Positions 1-10,296 of a DNA stretch of 64,000 nucleotides are shown here, piece by piece. Position 1 is the first letter of the stretch. Each line of letters begins with the position of its first letter. The notes under the pieces are model-generated. The model did no database searches. It was not told the origin of the DNA and saw only the letters and a program-made list of their open reading frames with translations. This stretch comes from Acidobacteriota bacterium (GTDB lineage Bacteria > Acidobacteriota > Terriglobia > Acidiferrales > UBA7541): contig PMAA01000142.1 of NCBI GenBank assembly GCA_003152355.1, positions 2,003 through 66,002 on the forward strand, read 5' to 3'. A program made the position numbers and the translations under genes.

Positions 1-342
1 GCGAAACTTCCGAAATAGCTCATCGAGGCGAATCAGGCACATCTCGGCGTCTTCTAGAGTCGAGAAGTGAAGCAGATCGTGGAATTCTTCCTCGTAGCGG
101 CCTTCCGTATCGGCATGCGTCGAAAGGATGACACGACGGCCCGCGTCGGCGAGAACACTCGCGATGTAATCGGCAGAAGTGTTCGCCTCTGCGCCGAACT
201 GCGCGATCAACTTCCGGCGAATCTGTTCGATCTCCGCAGCCGTGATACGATCCTTTGCAAACGCCGCGGCTGCTTCGAGAATCAATTCTTTTTTGCTCGG
301 CTCTTTTGGAGAATGCGGCTCGTGGTGCTTGGCCTGCGTCAC
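1..342 (-). CDS. hypothetical protein (N-terminal part only; continues beyond window start)
   Basis: Minus-strand frame is open from GTG at 342-340 to the window edge (114 codons, no tta/cta/tca triplets in phase). Begins VTQAKHHEPHSPKEPSKKELILEAAAAF... The GTG overlaps the mltG stop as GTGA. Absent from the ORF track because it is truncated. No family recognised. Confidence 0.4.
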   Translation of the reverse strand, partial: MTQAKHHEPHSPKEPSKKELILEAAAAFAKDRITAAEIEQIRRKLIAQFGAEANTSADYIASVLADAGRRVILSTHADTEGRYEEEFHDLLHFSTLEDAEMCLIRLDELFRKFR

Positions 343-1418
343 GGCTGGCTCCGATGTTCTCTTGGATTCGTCGCGTACGCGCGCTTTGATGAATCGCCGA
401 TGGCGTCGCTCATCAACCGGCGCCGATATTTTGCGACGTTGCGATTATGTTCCTCGAGCGTCTTGCTGAAAAAATGGCCGCCCGAATCGTTTGCTACGAA
501 ATACATGAAGTCCGTTTTGGCCGGGTCTATTGCCGCTCGCAATGAAGCCTCGCCCGGATTTGCGATAGGTCCGGGAGGAAGGCCCGGACGCAGGTAAGTA
601 TTGTACGGCGAATCGACCCGCAAGTCCGCATGGCGGACAATTTGAGTCGGGCGCCCCGCGAGTGCCAACGCATATTGCACCGTCGGGTCACACTGCAGGG
701 GGTAATTGCGTTGCAGGCGATTGTAGAACACGCCGGCAACGAGCGGCCGCTCCGATTCGAGCGGCGTCTCGCGCTCTACAAGCGACGCTAACGTGACCGT
801 ATCTTCAATCGACGGAGTCGTTGCGGTGGCGATGGCGAGATCGGGATTCAAATTGCTCCACACGCGGCGAAATTCGCGGATCATCGTCGCGGCGATCTCA
901 TCGGGCGGAGTGTGGCGCGCGAACAAATACGTGGATGGAAAAAGAAAGCCTTCGAGGCTTTGTGCGTGCGGCGCGATATCCAGAATCGGGTTTGGATCGC
1001 GTGCAACCCGCAGAAAATCTTCGCGATTGCACAGTTTCTGGCGCTGCAATTGATCGGCAATGTCGAACATATTCCAGCCTTCTGGAATTTGCACGCTGAC
1101 GACGTTGATCTTGCCAGTCGCTATCTTCCAGAAGACCTGCCGCTCAGTCATCGGACCTTCGAAAAGATATTCTCCCGCCTGCAACGAGCGCCTGTGGTGC
1201 CAATGACTGTAGAATTCGAACGCGATACGGCTGCGAATCACGCGATTCTTTGCCAGAAGACTGGCGATGCCCCAGCGCCCCATGCCGTGTGGAATATCCA
1301 CGATGACAGAATCTCCCTTATAGCGTCTGTACGGAACACTGAGATCCTGATCGAGCCATGCTGCGAATGCCCCGACGGCGGCAATTCCGAGAAGTAGGAG
1401 GAGGCCGAGGCGTCGCAT
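339..1418 (-). CDS. mltG: endolytic murein transglycosylase MltG (YceG-like)
   Basis: ATG start with an N-terminal TM/signal (LLLLLGIAAVGAFAAW). YceG-family motifs: ASLVERE, VFYNRL, CDPTVQYA, SPYNTY..GLPPGPIANPG. Confidence 0.85.
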   Translation of the reverse strand: MRRLGLLLLLGIAAVGAFAAWLDQDLSVPYRRYKGDSVIVDIPHGMGRWGIASLLAKNRVIRSRIAFEFYSHWHHRRSLQAGEYLFEGPMTERQVFWKIATGKINVVSVQIPEGWNMFDIADQLQRQKLCNREDFLRVARDPNPILDIAPHAQSLEGFLFPSTYLFARHTPPDEIAATMIREFRRVWSNLNPDLAIATATTPSIEDTVTLASLVERETPLESERPLVAGVFYNRLQRNYPLQCDPTVQYALALAGRPTQIVRHADLRVDSPYNTYLRPGLPPGPIANPGEASLRAAIDPAKTDFMYFVANDSGGHFFSKTLEEHNRNVAKYRRRLMSDAIGDSSKRAYATNPREHRSQP

Positions 1419-1425
1419 GTGAGGA

Positions 1426-1965
1426 TCAGTCCTTATCCGGCTGGCACACGCGGCGATTCATTTTATTGCGCTCGAGATAATCGCGAAGAAAAATGGCAGC
1501 AGCGAAATCGTCGTGGGACTGGCGCGGGCTGGAGCTCTTCCGCCGCACGCGACGCCCCGTTTCGGCAATGGCCTGTTCTGCGGCCCAACTCGTCAGCCGC
1601 TCGTCCACAAGCTCCACTTCGATGCCAAGTTCCTTTCTAACACGATTCGCGAAGCGAGCAGCTTCTTCCGCCATTTCGCCGGACGTGCCGTCGAGGTTCA
1701 GCGGATAGCCAACAATGATTTGCCGCGCGCCGTATTCGCGGGCCATTTCCCGGAGCTTGCGAATTAGTTCGCTGCGATTCTTGCGCTCGAGGATGGTTAG
1801 CGGACGAGCGGTGATGCGAAGTTCGTCAGATACGGCAATACCAATCCGCCGGCGGCCATAGTCGATCGCCAAAATCCTGCCAGGAAGCGTAACGGCAACG
1901 CCCAAAGATTGCGGCTTCGATGCACGGGATTTCTTGGACTCAGCCGCGTTGAGGGAGACGCTCAT
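1426..1965 (-). CDS. ruvX: Holliday junction resolvase-like pre-16S rRNA nuclease RuvX/YqgF
   Basis: ILAIDYGRRRIGIAVSD motif typical of the YqgF family. Sits directly upstream of mltG, a common pairing. Both the N-terminal and C-terminal extensions are uncertain. Confidence 0.8.
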   Translation of the reverse strand: MSVSLNAAESKKSRASKPQSLGVAVTLPGRILAIDYGRRRIGIAVSDELRITARPLTILERKNRSELIRKLREMAREYGARQIIVGYPLNLDGTSGEMAEEAARFANRVRKELGIEVELVDERLTSWAAEQAIAETGRRVRRKSSSPRQSHDDFAAAIFLRDYLERNKMNRRVCQPDKD

Positions 1966-2103
1966 ATGTTTTAATTATACGCAATATGGAGGGATTGGCA
2001 GGAATCTGCGCGGCGCAAGTTCTTTGTGGATACAACTCGGATCGGAATGTTCTTAAGTGTAATGATTAGGCCGTTCGCCTTGCTGGATCGTCTCGAGACA
2101 GTG

Positions 2104-3660
2104 CTAAGGTTCGCGCCCTCGAGTACCATTCATCCAGAGCGGCTCAAATCCCATGAGCTCCATTTCGCGATCGAGGCCCGAGTCCTTCATCAGAGCTTCG
2201 ATTTCGGCGCGCGATTGCCGATTGCCAAGCCGCTCTGCAAGATCGGCGATTCCAAACGCGGTGATGGCGGAAATGGCGACTTGGCGCTTCAACTGCGCGA
2301 TATCCACTTTGTCCAAAGTGTCGGAAGCGGCGTGATAATTCAGCATGTAATCCGCAGGATCTTGATTCGCAACGAGCGTCGGGATGCCCTCGAGTAGAAA
2401 ATCGAAGTTGTCCGTGCCGATATCCGCGTCAAACGTCAGGTCGGTAGCACCGAGCGTCCTGAGCGGCTCGACAACTTCCTTCATAGACCCTTCGATATCC
2501 TTACGGCCGCCGAGCGAATAGCCCGTCACTCGGCCGATACCAGAATCCCAAATGATCGCCGCATCCATGCGATCGAGCTCGGCGCGATGCGCCTTGGCGT
2601 AGGCCCACGATCCGAGCATGCCCTGCTCTTCGCCAGTAAAAAGCACGAAGCGAATCGAGCGGCGCGGGATCGCTCCAGATGCATGGATCACCCGCGCGGC
2701 ATCAATCACCATCGCGGCATTGCATCCGTTGTCGAGCGCGCCCGTTCCAAGCTCCCACGAATCAAGATGCGCGCCGAGAATCACAAAATCCTTGGGATCC
2801 TCGCGGCCGAGAATTTCGGCAACTACGTTTTCCGAGTCGACCGGGCCCGTGATCTTGTTCGGCATGTCGAGATTGACGCTGACCGTGACTTTTTTCGCGA
2901 GAAACCGCGCTATCCTTTCGGCGTCCTCGCGCGCGATCACCGCCTGCGGCATCTTCTCGAGCGTCCCGTCGAGTGAGTTGCTATGGCGATAGAGCAAGAG
3001 ATTCGGCCGCGTGGACATCCAAAATATCGCTACAGCTCCTGCGTTTGCCGCGCGATCGATGATCGCAGGCTGGTACAGATATTCATTTTCTAGGTCTTCC
3101 CACGTGACGAGCGGATTGCTGTGCACGAGCGCGATCGCGCCCTTTACCACGGCGCCGGCCTTTCTAAATCCGGCTTCGTCGCCGGAGCCGACATCCACAA
3201 CGTTTCCAGTGATGCCGCCCTCCGGCGTTGCGGGCGACCATCCAACCGATGTCGCGCGCACGAGGAAAGCAACGGGAGAGCTTACTGTCACTTGTGTTTT
3301 ACCTTCGCTCCAACCGACTGGAATCGTGAATTTCTCAGTGTGAACTTCGTCCACACCGGCGTAATGGAAAGCTTCAACGGCCCATCCGACGGCCTTATCG
3401 GCTGCCGCAGAACCCGAGACGCGGCCGCCAATTTCATCGGTCAGATGGCGCAAATTCTCCTCAAGCGGCGACGGGCCTTCGGCGCTCACGATCATTCCCG
3501 GTGCAAGATCGGAGCACGATTTTTGGACCGAGCAGGCGCCTGCGCCTACTGGTAACTGCATAGGCGCCGACTTGACGGGCGGAATCTGGCCCCACGCGGG
3601 CAGAGCGCAAAGCAGTAGGCACGACAGCGCGACGAGGAAGATTCGACTCGTCGAGAACAT
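2104..3660 (-). CDS. M28 family aminopeptidase with PA domain, secreted
   Basis: Zn-ligand region ILGAHLDSWELGTGALDNGCNAA and FVLFTGEEQGMLGS. Start moved to ATG 3660 (AGGAG 7 nt upstream), which gives the signal peptide MFSTSRIFLVALSCLLLCALPAWGQ. Confidence 0.8.
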   Translation of the reverse strand: MFSTSRIFLVALSCLLLCALPAWGQIPPVKSAPMQLPVGAGACSVQKSCSDLAPGMIVSAEGPSPLEENLRHLTDEIGGRVSGSAAADKAVGWAVEAFHYAGVDEVHTEKFTIPVGWSEGKTQVTVSSPVAFLVRATSVGWSPATPEGGITGNVVDVGSGDEAGFRKAGAVVKGAIALVHSNPLVTWEDLENEYLYQPAIIDRAANAGAVAIFWMSTRPNLLLYRHSNSLDGTLEKMPQAVIAREDAERIARFLAKKVTVSVNLDMPNKITGPVDSENVVAEILGREDPKDFVILGAHLDSWELGTGALDNGCNAAMVIDAARVIHASGAIPRRSIRFVLFTGEEQGMLGSWAYAKAHRAELDRMDAAIIWDSGIGRVTGYSLGGRKDIEGSMKEVVEPLRTLGATDLTFDADIGTDNFDFLLEGIPTLVANQDPADYMLNYHAASDTLDKVDIAQLKRQVAISAITAFGIADLAERLGNRQSRAEIEALMKDSGLDREMELMGFEPLWMNGTRGREP

Positions 3661-3736
3661 ATGCAAACTCCTGGGGCTAAGAGATCTCATCAACTTCGCG
3701 GATTATAGCGCAGGGGAAGGGACGGCGCTCGGCGTG

Positions 3737-4618
3737 TCATAGGGCCGATCCCGCAAGGATGTTGTCGCTGACGCGCGCGACCTGAACCATCTCAGCGACA
3801 TCATGAACGCGAACGATGTGCGCGCCGCCGAGAATGCTCGCGGCGATGGTAGCGGCTGTACCCCAGATACGATCACCCGGCTGCTTGCCTAGAGTGTGGC
3901 CTAGAAAACCTTTGCGCGAAGTGCCGATCAGGATCGCGCAACCAATTTTGCGCAACTCGGGCAGCCGCGCAATGAGTTCGTAATTTTGCTCGAAGTTTTT
4001 TCCGAAGCCAATTCCCGGATCCACCACGATCTGCGATTTCGCAACGCCCGCGCGCCCGGCGACCTCAATCGACCGCCGCAAACCTTTGAGGACGTCGGCG
4101 ACGACATTGCGGGCAAATGGCGGCTTCTGCATTGTGAGCGGTTCGCCTCGCATGTGCATGAGGACAATTGGAACCCGATGCTTAGCCGCAATCTCGGCGA
4201 GATCAGGATCGGCTCTCAGGCCGGTAACGTCATTTATGATTTCCGCGCCCGCAGCAATCGCCGCTTCCGCAACCGCCGCCTTTCGCGTGTCAATTGAGAT
4301 CGGAATCTTGATCCGCCCTGCTAGCGCCTTCAGCACCGGACGGACTCGGGCCAACTCCTCGTTTGCGGAAATGCCCTCGGAGCCGGGCCGCGTGGATTCG
4401 CCACCAATATCGAGAATATCCGCGCCCGCTTTTTCAATCGCCAGCGCCTGCTCGATGGCCCAGACGGGCTCAAAGAATTTGCCGCCATCCGAAAAACTAT
4501 CCGGCGTGACGTTTAGCACGCCCATCACGATCGTGCGCTCGCCGAGTTCGAGCGTGCGCGACGGCAATCGTAACCGAAATTTCTTCCTGAGGGTCAAGTC
4601 TCGTCCAATCGTATTCAA
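3737..4618 (-). CDS. folP: dihydropteroate synthase
   Basis: VMGVLNVTPDSFSDGG and DIGGESTRPG motifs. The 403-aa track ORF is over-extended. TTG at 4618 overlaps the upstream gene's stop (TTGA); ATG at 4525 is an alternative start. Confidence 0.85.
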   Translation of the reverse strand: MNTIGRDLTLRKKFRLRLPSRTLELGERTIVMGVLNVTPDSFSDGGKFFEPVWAIEQALAIEKAGADILDIGGESTRPGSEGISANEELARVRPVLKALAGRIKIPISIDTRKAAVAEAAIAAGAEIINDVTGLRADPDLAEIAAKHRVPIVLMHMRGEPLTMQKPPFARNVVADVLKGLRRSIEVAGRAGVAKSQIVVDPGIGFGKNFEQNYELIARLPELRKIGCAILIGTSRKGFLGHTLGKQPGDRIWGTAATIAASILGGAHIVRVHDVAEMVQVARVSDNILAGSAL

Positions 4619-5796
4619 CGCGACGCTGCAGCGGACACGTAATACGCCGAGCGATTCGCCACACGAAGCGTCTCGGCCGCATCCGGATTCGTCACTTCGA
4701 CGCGCAATGAATGCCAGCCTGGTCTCGCAGCGCCTTCGCCGGACGGATAGAAACCAAGCGTGTATTCCGTGCGGATGTTGCCGGCGATCCGCGCAAACGC
4801 ATCTCGCCCGCTTTGTGTCTCGCGCAGAAAATAAAGTCCGCCACCTGCGCGGCGAATCAGCTCCGCGAGAAAGAGAGTGTACGCCGGAATTCCTTTTTCG
4901 CGTGTCGCTTCCGTGAGGAACGTTGAATCTTGATGGGCGGTGAGCCACTTATCTGTCATGACCCGCGGCCGATTCTGCGTCGAGACGGCAAACACTTCGA
5001 TGCCATCTATGGCGAGCGCTCGAGTGACGTCATCAAAAGCCAGCCTCGGTGTTGTTTCATTCGGAGCGCCTCCCGTCGGCCGGTCAAGCGATAGGCCGAG
5101 ACCGCTGTCTTCCCCATCAGTGAAGAGCAGGATTGCTGTGCGTCCCGTGCGGCCTCGAAACAATCTTTGCGCGGCGAGATAGACCGTCTCGTAAATATTC
5201 GAGCCGCCTGTGTCGCCAAACAGCGCCTTCACGTCTACACGCGCGATGGCGTTTTCGAGCAGGTCGCGATCACGTGAAAATGGCAGAAGTACATAAGAAT
5301 GCGCAGAGAATTCAACGATCGAGACTTCATCGCGCGGCGCGAGAATTCCCGCCAGGCTTTTCGTGGCTTGCAGCATCGCATCGGCTTCGGGCAAGACACT
5401 GGGACTCGCATCAATCACCGCCGCAACGCTAGCCGGCTCATTCCCTGCGTCGAAGTACGCTATGCGTTGCTCGACGCCTCCTTCGAAAATCCGGAAATTG
5501 CTGCGTGCGAGACCTGTTACTGACGTACCGTCCGTGGCAAATACGTTGCAATTCACCGGAACAAGATTGACGCGCACGCGAAAGGCTCGCGCCGCGCCTT
5601 TCTCCCTCGGTTCGATTAGCGTTGGACCGGGCTCGACAATGTGGAGTTCGCCCGAAGCTGCATCGCGCTGGAAGGTGATGTTAGCGTCGAGTTGGATTGG
5701 ATGCGGGGGTTTTGGTTTGTGCTGGGGAACTTGGGCAAACAGCAAGAGTGGCACCGCGACTAGCAAGAATAAGCAAGCGGCAATAGTAGTCGGCAT
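4615..5796 (-). CDS. secreted von Willebrand factor A domain protein (acidobacterial VWFA-related type)
   Basis: MIDAS-like AAVIDASPSV and ILLFTDGEDSG. Start trimmed to ATG 5796, giving the signal peptide MPTTIAACLFLLVAVPLLLFAQ. Confidence 0.7.
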   Translation of the reverse strand: MPTTIAACLFLLVAVPLLLFAQVPQHKPKPPHPIQLDANITFQRDAASGELHIVEPGPTLIEPREKGAARAFRVRVNLVPVNCNVFATDGTSVTGLARSNFRIFEGGVEQRIAYFDAGNEPASVAAVIDASPSVLPEADAMLQATKSLAGILAPRDEVSIVEFSAHSYVLLPFSRDRDLLENAIARVDVKALFGDTGGSNIYETVYLAAQRLFRGRTGRTAILLFTDGEDSGLGLSLDRPTGGAPNETTPRLAFDDVTRALAIDGIEVFAVSTQNRPRVMTDKWLTAHQDSTFLTEATREKGIPAYTLFLAELIRRAGGGLYFLRETQSGRDAFARIAGNIRTEYTLGFYPSGEGAARPGWHSLRVEVTNPDAAETLRVANRSAYYVSAAASR

Positions 5797-5854
5797 CTCT
5801 CGAGCAGTCCGCGTGATCGAGTTTGCTGAAGTGCGCTTCAGCACAGGAAGTTTT

Positions 5855-6160
5855 TCAGTCGAGGTCAAAGTCGCGTAGGGGTTTTTCGACCGGCTGGTCT
5901 TTCGCCTTCTTGAGACCTTCAGCGAATTTCCGGGCGAGAACATCCTCTTTCATTTTCTCAGCTTCGACTGAGAGCCGGAATTTGTCTTCCACGCGCTGGT
6001 CATGCTCGCGCAATAGGCGTGCGGTATCATCAAGATCAATCGAAGGCGCAAATTTCGCGGGTTCATGGGAAAGCACGACCGAAAGTTCTGGGTCAACGGT
6101 CAGCTTCGCATGGCAGCAAGGACATTCGACGTGCACCGGCTTGACGGCTTTTTTTTCCAT
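5855..6160 (-). CDS. hypothetical small protein with N-terminal CPCC half zinc-ribbon and charged coiled C-terminus
   Basis: ORF MEKKAVKPVHVECPCCHAKLTV..., ATG at 6160 (GTG 6166 also possible). Separated from ftsH by a strong terminator. No family recognised. Confidence 0.5.
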   Translation of the reverse strand: MEKKAVKPVHVECPCCHAKLTVDPELSVVLSHEPAKFAPSIDLDDTARLLREHDQRVEDKFRLSVEAEKMKEDVLARKFAEGLKKAKDQPVEKPLRDFDLD

Positions 6161-6218
6161 GAACACATTTTACGCCTGTTTTGGACGAAGGAGGACTCGC
6201 GAGATATGTGGATTGGGC

Positions 6219-6256
6219 GCAAAACAAAAAGCCCGAGGGCTTTGGGCCTCCGGGCT
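6219..6256 (-). terminator. rho-independent terminator after ftsH
   Basis: Minus sense reads AGCCCGGAGGC-CCAAA-GCCCTCGGGCT (11-position stem: 9 Watson-Crick pairs, 1 G-U wobble, 1 mismatch) followed by TTTTTGTTTTG. Confidence 0.6.
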
Positions 6257-6287
6257 CTCTGCGAAGATGATTTTGACTTCGATTCGA

Positions 6288-8225
6288 TCAGGCCGGTGCC
6301 GGTTTCTCACCTTTAGCCAAGCCCGGTAACGGACGCGGCTCAGGCCGAAGCGTAAGCTGCGGTTCTCTGGTAGCCACGGGCGGAGGCGAAGGCGGCTTGA
6401 TCTTCTCCGGCAACGGCTTGCCTTCGACCAAGAGCTTCAGCTCCGTCGCATCCAGCACTTCGCGGTCGAGCAGCGCCTGCGCAACCCGTTCGAGCGCGTC
6501 GCGGCTCGTTTCGAGAATGTTCCGTGCGCTCTGATAACCATTCGTGACGATCGAATTCACTTCGCGGTCAATGCGAATCGCGGTGTCCTCGGAATAATCG
6601 CGATGTTGGGCGATTTCGCGGCCCAGGAAGATTGCTTCTTCCTTCTTGCCGAACGTCAGAGGTCCGAGCGTGCTCATGCCCCACTCACAGACCATCTGGC
6701 GGGCAATATCAGTTGCGCGCTCGATGTCATTTCCGGCGCCCGTCGTAAGGTGATTCAGGAAAATCTCCTCGGCCGCACGACCGCCCATCAGAACGGCAAG
6801 CTGCGCCTCAAGAAATTCCTTCGTGTACGTGTGCTTGTCATCGATCGGCAGTTGCATCGTGACGCCCAGCGCCATGCCGCGCGGGATGATGGTTACTTTG
6901 TGGAGCGGATCGGCGCCCGGCGTCATCGCGGCGACAAGCGCGTGTCCGGCTTCATGATACGCAGTGTTCTTTTTCTCCTCGTCGGAAAGAATCATGGACC
7001 GCCGCTCGACACCCATCAGGACTTTGTCTTTGGACATCTCGAAGTCCGCCATGGTGACGGCCTTGCGGTTCTGGCGCGCCGCCCAGAGAGCTGACTCGTT
7101 CACGAGGTTCGCAAGATCCGCGCCGGAGAAACCCGGCGTGCCGCGCGCGATAACGGAAAGATCCACGTCGTCGCCGACGGGAACTTTGCGGGTATGAACG
7201 CGCAGGATTTCTTCGCGGCCCTTGACGTCCGGCCGAGGCACCACGACGCGCCGATCGAAACGTCCGGGGCGAAGCAGCGCGGGATCGAGAACATCCGGAC
7301 GGTTCGTTGCGGCGATCAGGATCACGCCTTCGTTTGATTCAAATCCATCCATCTCGACGAGCAACGCGTTCAAAGTTTGCTCGCGCTCATCGTGTCCGCC
7401 GCCGAGGCCCGCGCCGCGATGGCGTCCGACCGCATCGATTTCATCTATAAAAATGATGCATGGCGCATTCTTTTTGCCCTGCTCGAATAGATCGCGAACG
7501 CGGCTTGCGCCGACTCCGACGAACATCTCGACGAAATCCGATCCTGAAATCGAGAAGAATGGCACGTTTGCTTCTCCGGCGATCGCACGGGCAAGCAAAG
7601 TCTTTCCCGTTCCTGGAGGCCCGACGAGGAGCACGCCTTTCGGAATGCGTCCGCCGAGCTTCTGGAATTTCTGCGGGTCTTTCAAGAAATCGATGATTTC
7701 GTAAAGCTCTTCCTTCGGCTCGTCAATCCCGGCTACATCTTTGAACGTCGCCTTTTTCTGTTGCGCTGTGAGCAGCCTCGCGCGGGACTTCCCGAAACTC
7801 AGGGCTTTATTTCCGCCCGCTTGCATCTGCTTCATCATGAAAATCCAGAATGCTATCAGCAGGATGACCGGTGCGAAATTTACGACGAAAGCGAGCCAAT
7901 CGCTATTCTTCACTTCCTTAATATTTATGAGTACGCCCTTGTCTTGGAGGGACTTCGTAATATCCGGGATCGAAGAATTTGCGACGGTCACATTGTGGAA
8001 TTTGACTCCACCATCCCGGTACTCGCCCTCCACTTCGGCGCTGTTCTGAGCGAGATAAATTGTGACTTCCTTAATATTGCCCTGCTGGACTTGAGCCAGG
8101 AATTTTGTGTAGCTGGGCTCATCTTCATGGGCTGTCTGTCCGCCGGTAGACGCCATCTTCCACAGCGCCACCGCCAGAACGACCATGACCAGCCAAAATA
8201 AAATCGTACGGACCGTTGAGTTCAC
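6288..8225 (-). CDS. ftsH: ATP-dependent zinc metalloprotease FtsH
   Basis: Walker [12 protein letters not shown] region, Zn motif HEAGHA and two N-terminal TM segments. GTG start with GAGG 7 nt upstream. Confidence 0.95.
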   Translation of the reverse strand: MNSTVRTILFWLVMVVLAVALWKMASTGGQTAHEDEPSYTKFLAQVQQGNIKEVTIYLAQNSAEVEGEYRDGGVKFHNVTVANSSIPDITKSLQDKGVLINIKEVKNSDWLAFVVNFAPVILLIAFWIFMMKQMQAGGNKALSFGKSRARLLTAQQKKATFKDVAGIDEPKEELYEIIDFLKDPQKFQKLGGRIPKGVLLVGPPGTGKTLLARAIAGEANVPFFSISGSDFVEMFVGVGASRVRDLFEQGKKNAPCIIFIDEIDAVGRHRGAGLGGGHDEREQTLNALLVEMDGFESNEGVILIAATNRPDVLDPALLRPGRFDRRVVVPRPDVKGREEILRVHTRKVPVGDDVDLSVIARGTPGFSGADLANLVNESALWAARQNRKAVTMADFEMSKDKVLMGVERRSMILSDEEKKNTAYHEAGHALVAAMTPGADPLHKVTIIPRGMALGVTMQLPIDDKHTYTKEFLEAQLAVLMGGRAAEEIFLNHLTTGAGNDIERATDIARQMVCEWGMSTLGPLTFGKKEEAIFLGREIAQHRDYSEDTAIRIDREVNSIVTNGYQSARNILETSRDALERVAQALLDREVLDATELKLLVEGKPLPEKIKPPSPPPVATREPQLTLRPEPRPLPGLAKGEKPAPA

Positions 8226-8234
8226 AGAACTACC

Positions 8235-8822
8235 TCATCCTTTCCGACCCTTGACCTTGCCTCGCCCACTACGCCTGCGCCTGCGCCTTGCCTTAGAAGC
8301 ACGGCGACGTTCTGGACGGGGCAGCCCCACATAAGGGAGGTTCCGGTACAGCCCAGCACGCCCGCTCAATCCAAAACCTACCATACTATTAGATGCTGAA
8401 GAGAAGCCGGTGTATTCAGCCTTCAAATTCACCTTCCGCGCGTCCGGCTTGTCGAACAGCACGGCCAGCTTCAGTGATCCCGGCCGGCCCTCCAAAATCT
8501 GCTTCATCAGAAAGTCCTGAGTGACGCCCGTGTTCAGCACCGCGTCCACCAGCAGGACATCCCGCCCGCGCAAACCGGGCGGCCAACTGAAATAAATCTC
8601 GCGGCGAGCATGGCCCGCCAAACTGATGTCGCGCATCTCAGCGCGAATGAAACGGCAGACGACCGGCACTGAAATGCTACGGATCAAGTCTGCGCCAAAC
8701 AGAAACCCGTTGTCCAATACCACCAGAACGTCGAGCGTTCGCCCCGCGTAATCCTTCGAAATGGTTCGGCCCAATTGCCGAACCCGGCTGGCTAGCCTTT
8801 CTTTGGTAAAGGCGACTCGCAT
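8235..8822 (-). CDS. hpt: hypoxanthine/guanine phosphoribosyltransferase-like protein with polybasic C-terminal tail
   Basis: PRPP-binding motif VLLVDAVLNTGVT and C-terminal YRNLPYVG. Canonical tilS-hpt-ftsH gene order. The extra tail is ERRRASKARRRRRRSGRGKVKGRKG. Confidence 0.75.
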   Translation of the reverse strand: MRVAFTKERLASRVRQLGRTISKDYAGRTLDVLVVLDNGFLFGADLIRSISVPVVCRFIRAEMRDISLAGHARREIYFSWPPGLRGRDVLLVDAVLNTGVTQDFLMKQILEGRPGSLKLAVLFDKPDARKVNLKAEYTGFSSASNSMVGFGLSGRAGLYRNLPYVGLPRPERRRASKARRRRRRSGRGKVKGRKG

Positions 8823-8829
8823 TCACGCG

Positions 8830-10296
8830 CTACAGCTTTTCTTCCAGCACGACCACTCGCCGTTTCGTTTCCTTGCCCGCCAGAAATTCAGCGGCGGGAG
8901 GCCATCCGCGCGTCCAAGCGATCCGGCCTGCGCTCGTCAAGACGGGCCATCTTTCCCGGTCCGAGATTCTGATTCGCGCACCGGAAAACAATCGCTTAAG
9001 CTTCTGCGCCTGACGCTTTCCGGGCAACCTATAAGCATCGCCCGGCCGCCAGTTTCTCAGGACAAGAGGGGGCGTGAGGCGATCAGCATCGAGAACGCCG
9101 GTCTCACAAGTAGTGTCGCTCTCCCTCATAGGCCAGTCAATGGCTTTCAGGCAAAAGCGTAACCCCAGTTCCGGAATATCAATAGATGCAACGCCTTGGC
9201 TCGTCAGAGCCACGGCATATTGATAAGGACGCAAATTTTCCGAGAAAGTTCCCTCGCCGCTGAGCGCTTCCGGGATCGGGCAGCTAATAAATTCCAGCCG
9301 ATCGAAGTTCCTTACGACGCTCACGCCGTGCGGCAACTCTATGATGCAGCCGCTCTGTGATGCGCTCGCAAGATGCAGAACATCTTCGACGTGCCCGAAT
9401 TGCAAACTCGCAGAATCGCCCGCAATCTTTGCGAAGAGCCCCTGAATGATGCGCCGGGAGAGAGCGCGTGCTGCATTTTCGTTCTGCGAGATCGGCGCAT
9501 GCGGCGAGAGGAGGCCGGCCACATCAATCGAAAACCCGCCGCGGATTTCGTTCGTCAAGGCGCCGATCCGATCTTCCACAATCAACTTCCAGAATACTTC
9601 CTCGTCCCGGAAGATTGCCGAAAGACTCGACAGCCGGTCGACAATCGCGGGATTGAAATCGCGCTCGAGGAGCGGCAGCAATTCATGCCTCAGGCGAGCC
9701 CGGAGACGAGTGGTATCGCGATTCGTTGCGTCTTCGCGCCAGTCCTGCCGTTTCATCCCAAGGTATTCGCGAAGATCGGCACGGCGAACGTCGAGCAACG
9801 GTCGCACGATACTGCCTCGCACCGGATAGATTCCCACAATGCCGCGCGGCCCCGTGCCGCGCACGATGCGCGCGAGGACCGTTTCCGCCTGATCGTCCGC
9901 CGTGTGCGCGACGGCGACTCTCGTACAATGCCCCTGGGAAACTGCGCGCTCGAAGAAACTATTTCGTGCGCGCCGGCCCGCGTCTTCGAGGTTCCAGTGA
10001 TTTCGCTTCGCTTCGGCCGCAACATCTTCGTGCGCCGAACACAATTCCAGAGCATGCGCTCGAGCGAGATCGGCAACGAAGGCTGCGTCAGTATCCGAAG
10101 CTTGCCCGCGCAGACCGTGATCCAAATGCAATACGCACAGACCGACGCCAAGCTCGTTCTGCAAATCCTCTAACAACAGCAAAAGCGCGACGGAATCTGC
10201 GCCGCCCGACACGGCAACGCCCACGCGGTCACCCGCAACGATCATTTGGCGCCGGCGAATCGCCTCGAGGATTCCGTGATGGAGTTCGGACTTCAT
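8830..10296 (-). CDS. tilS: tRNA(Ile)-lysidine synthase
   Basis: PP-loop VAVSGGADSVALL and TilS C-terminal domain. Start placed at ATG 10296 (MKSELHH...); the track start at 10359 is also possible. Confidence 0.85.
   Translation of the reverse strand: MKSELHHGILEAIRRRQMIVAGDRVGVAVSGGADSVALLLLLEDLQNELGVGLCVLHLDHGLRGQASDTDAAFVADLARAHALELCSAHEDVAAEAKRNHWNLEDAGRRARNSFFERAVSQGHCTRVAVAHTADDQAETVLARIVRGTGPRGIVGIYPVRGSIVRPLLDVRRADLREYLGMKRQDWREDATNRDTTRLRARLRHELLPLLERDFNPAIVDRLSSLSAIFRDEEVFWKLIVEDRIGALTNEIRGGFSIDVAGLLSPHAPISQNENAARALSRRIIQGLFAKIAGDSASLQFGHVEDVLHLASASQSGCIIELPHGVSVVRNFDRLEFISCPIPEALSGEGTFSENLRPYQYAVALTSQGVASIDIPELGLRFCLKAIDWPMRESDTTCETGVLDADRLTPPLVLRNWRPGDAYRLPGKRQAQKLKRLFSGARIRISDRERWPVLTSAGRIAWTRGWPPAAEFLAGKETKRRVVVLEEKL

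Noticed and set aside
4086-4916. 276-aa plus-strand ORF, and similar long ORFs at 31137-32192, 32205-33368, 50441-51205, 50869-51750, 21044-21565 and 61670-62542
   Set aside because: All lie antisense or out of frame inside genes with clear family signatures (folP/VWA, bamA, Ig-like protein, PLP enzyme, sigma/anti-sigma). Their translations are Arg/Ala/Ser/Pro-rich with no motifs. They are typical shadow ORFs of high-GC DNA.
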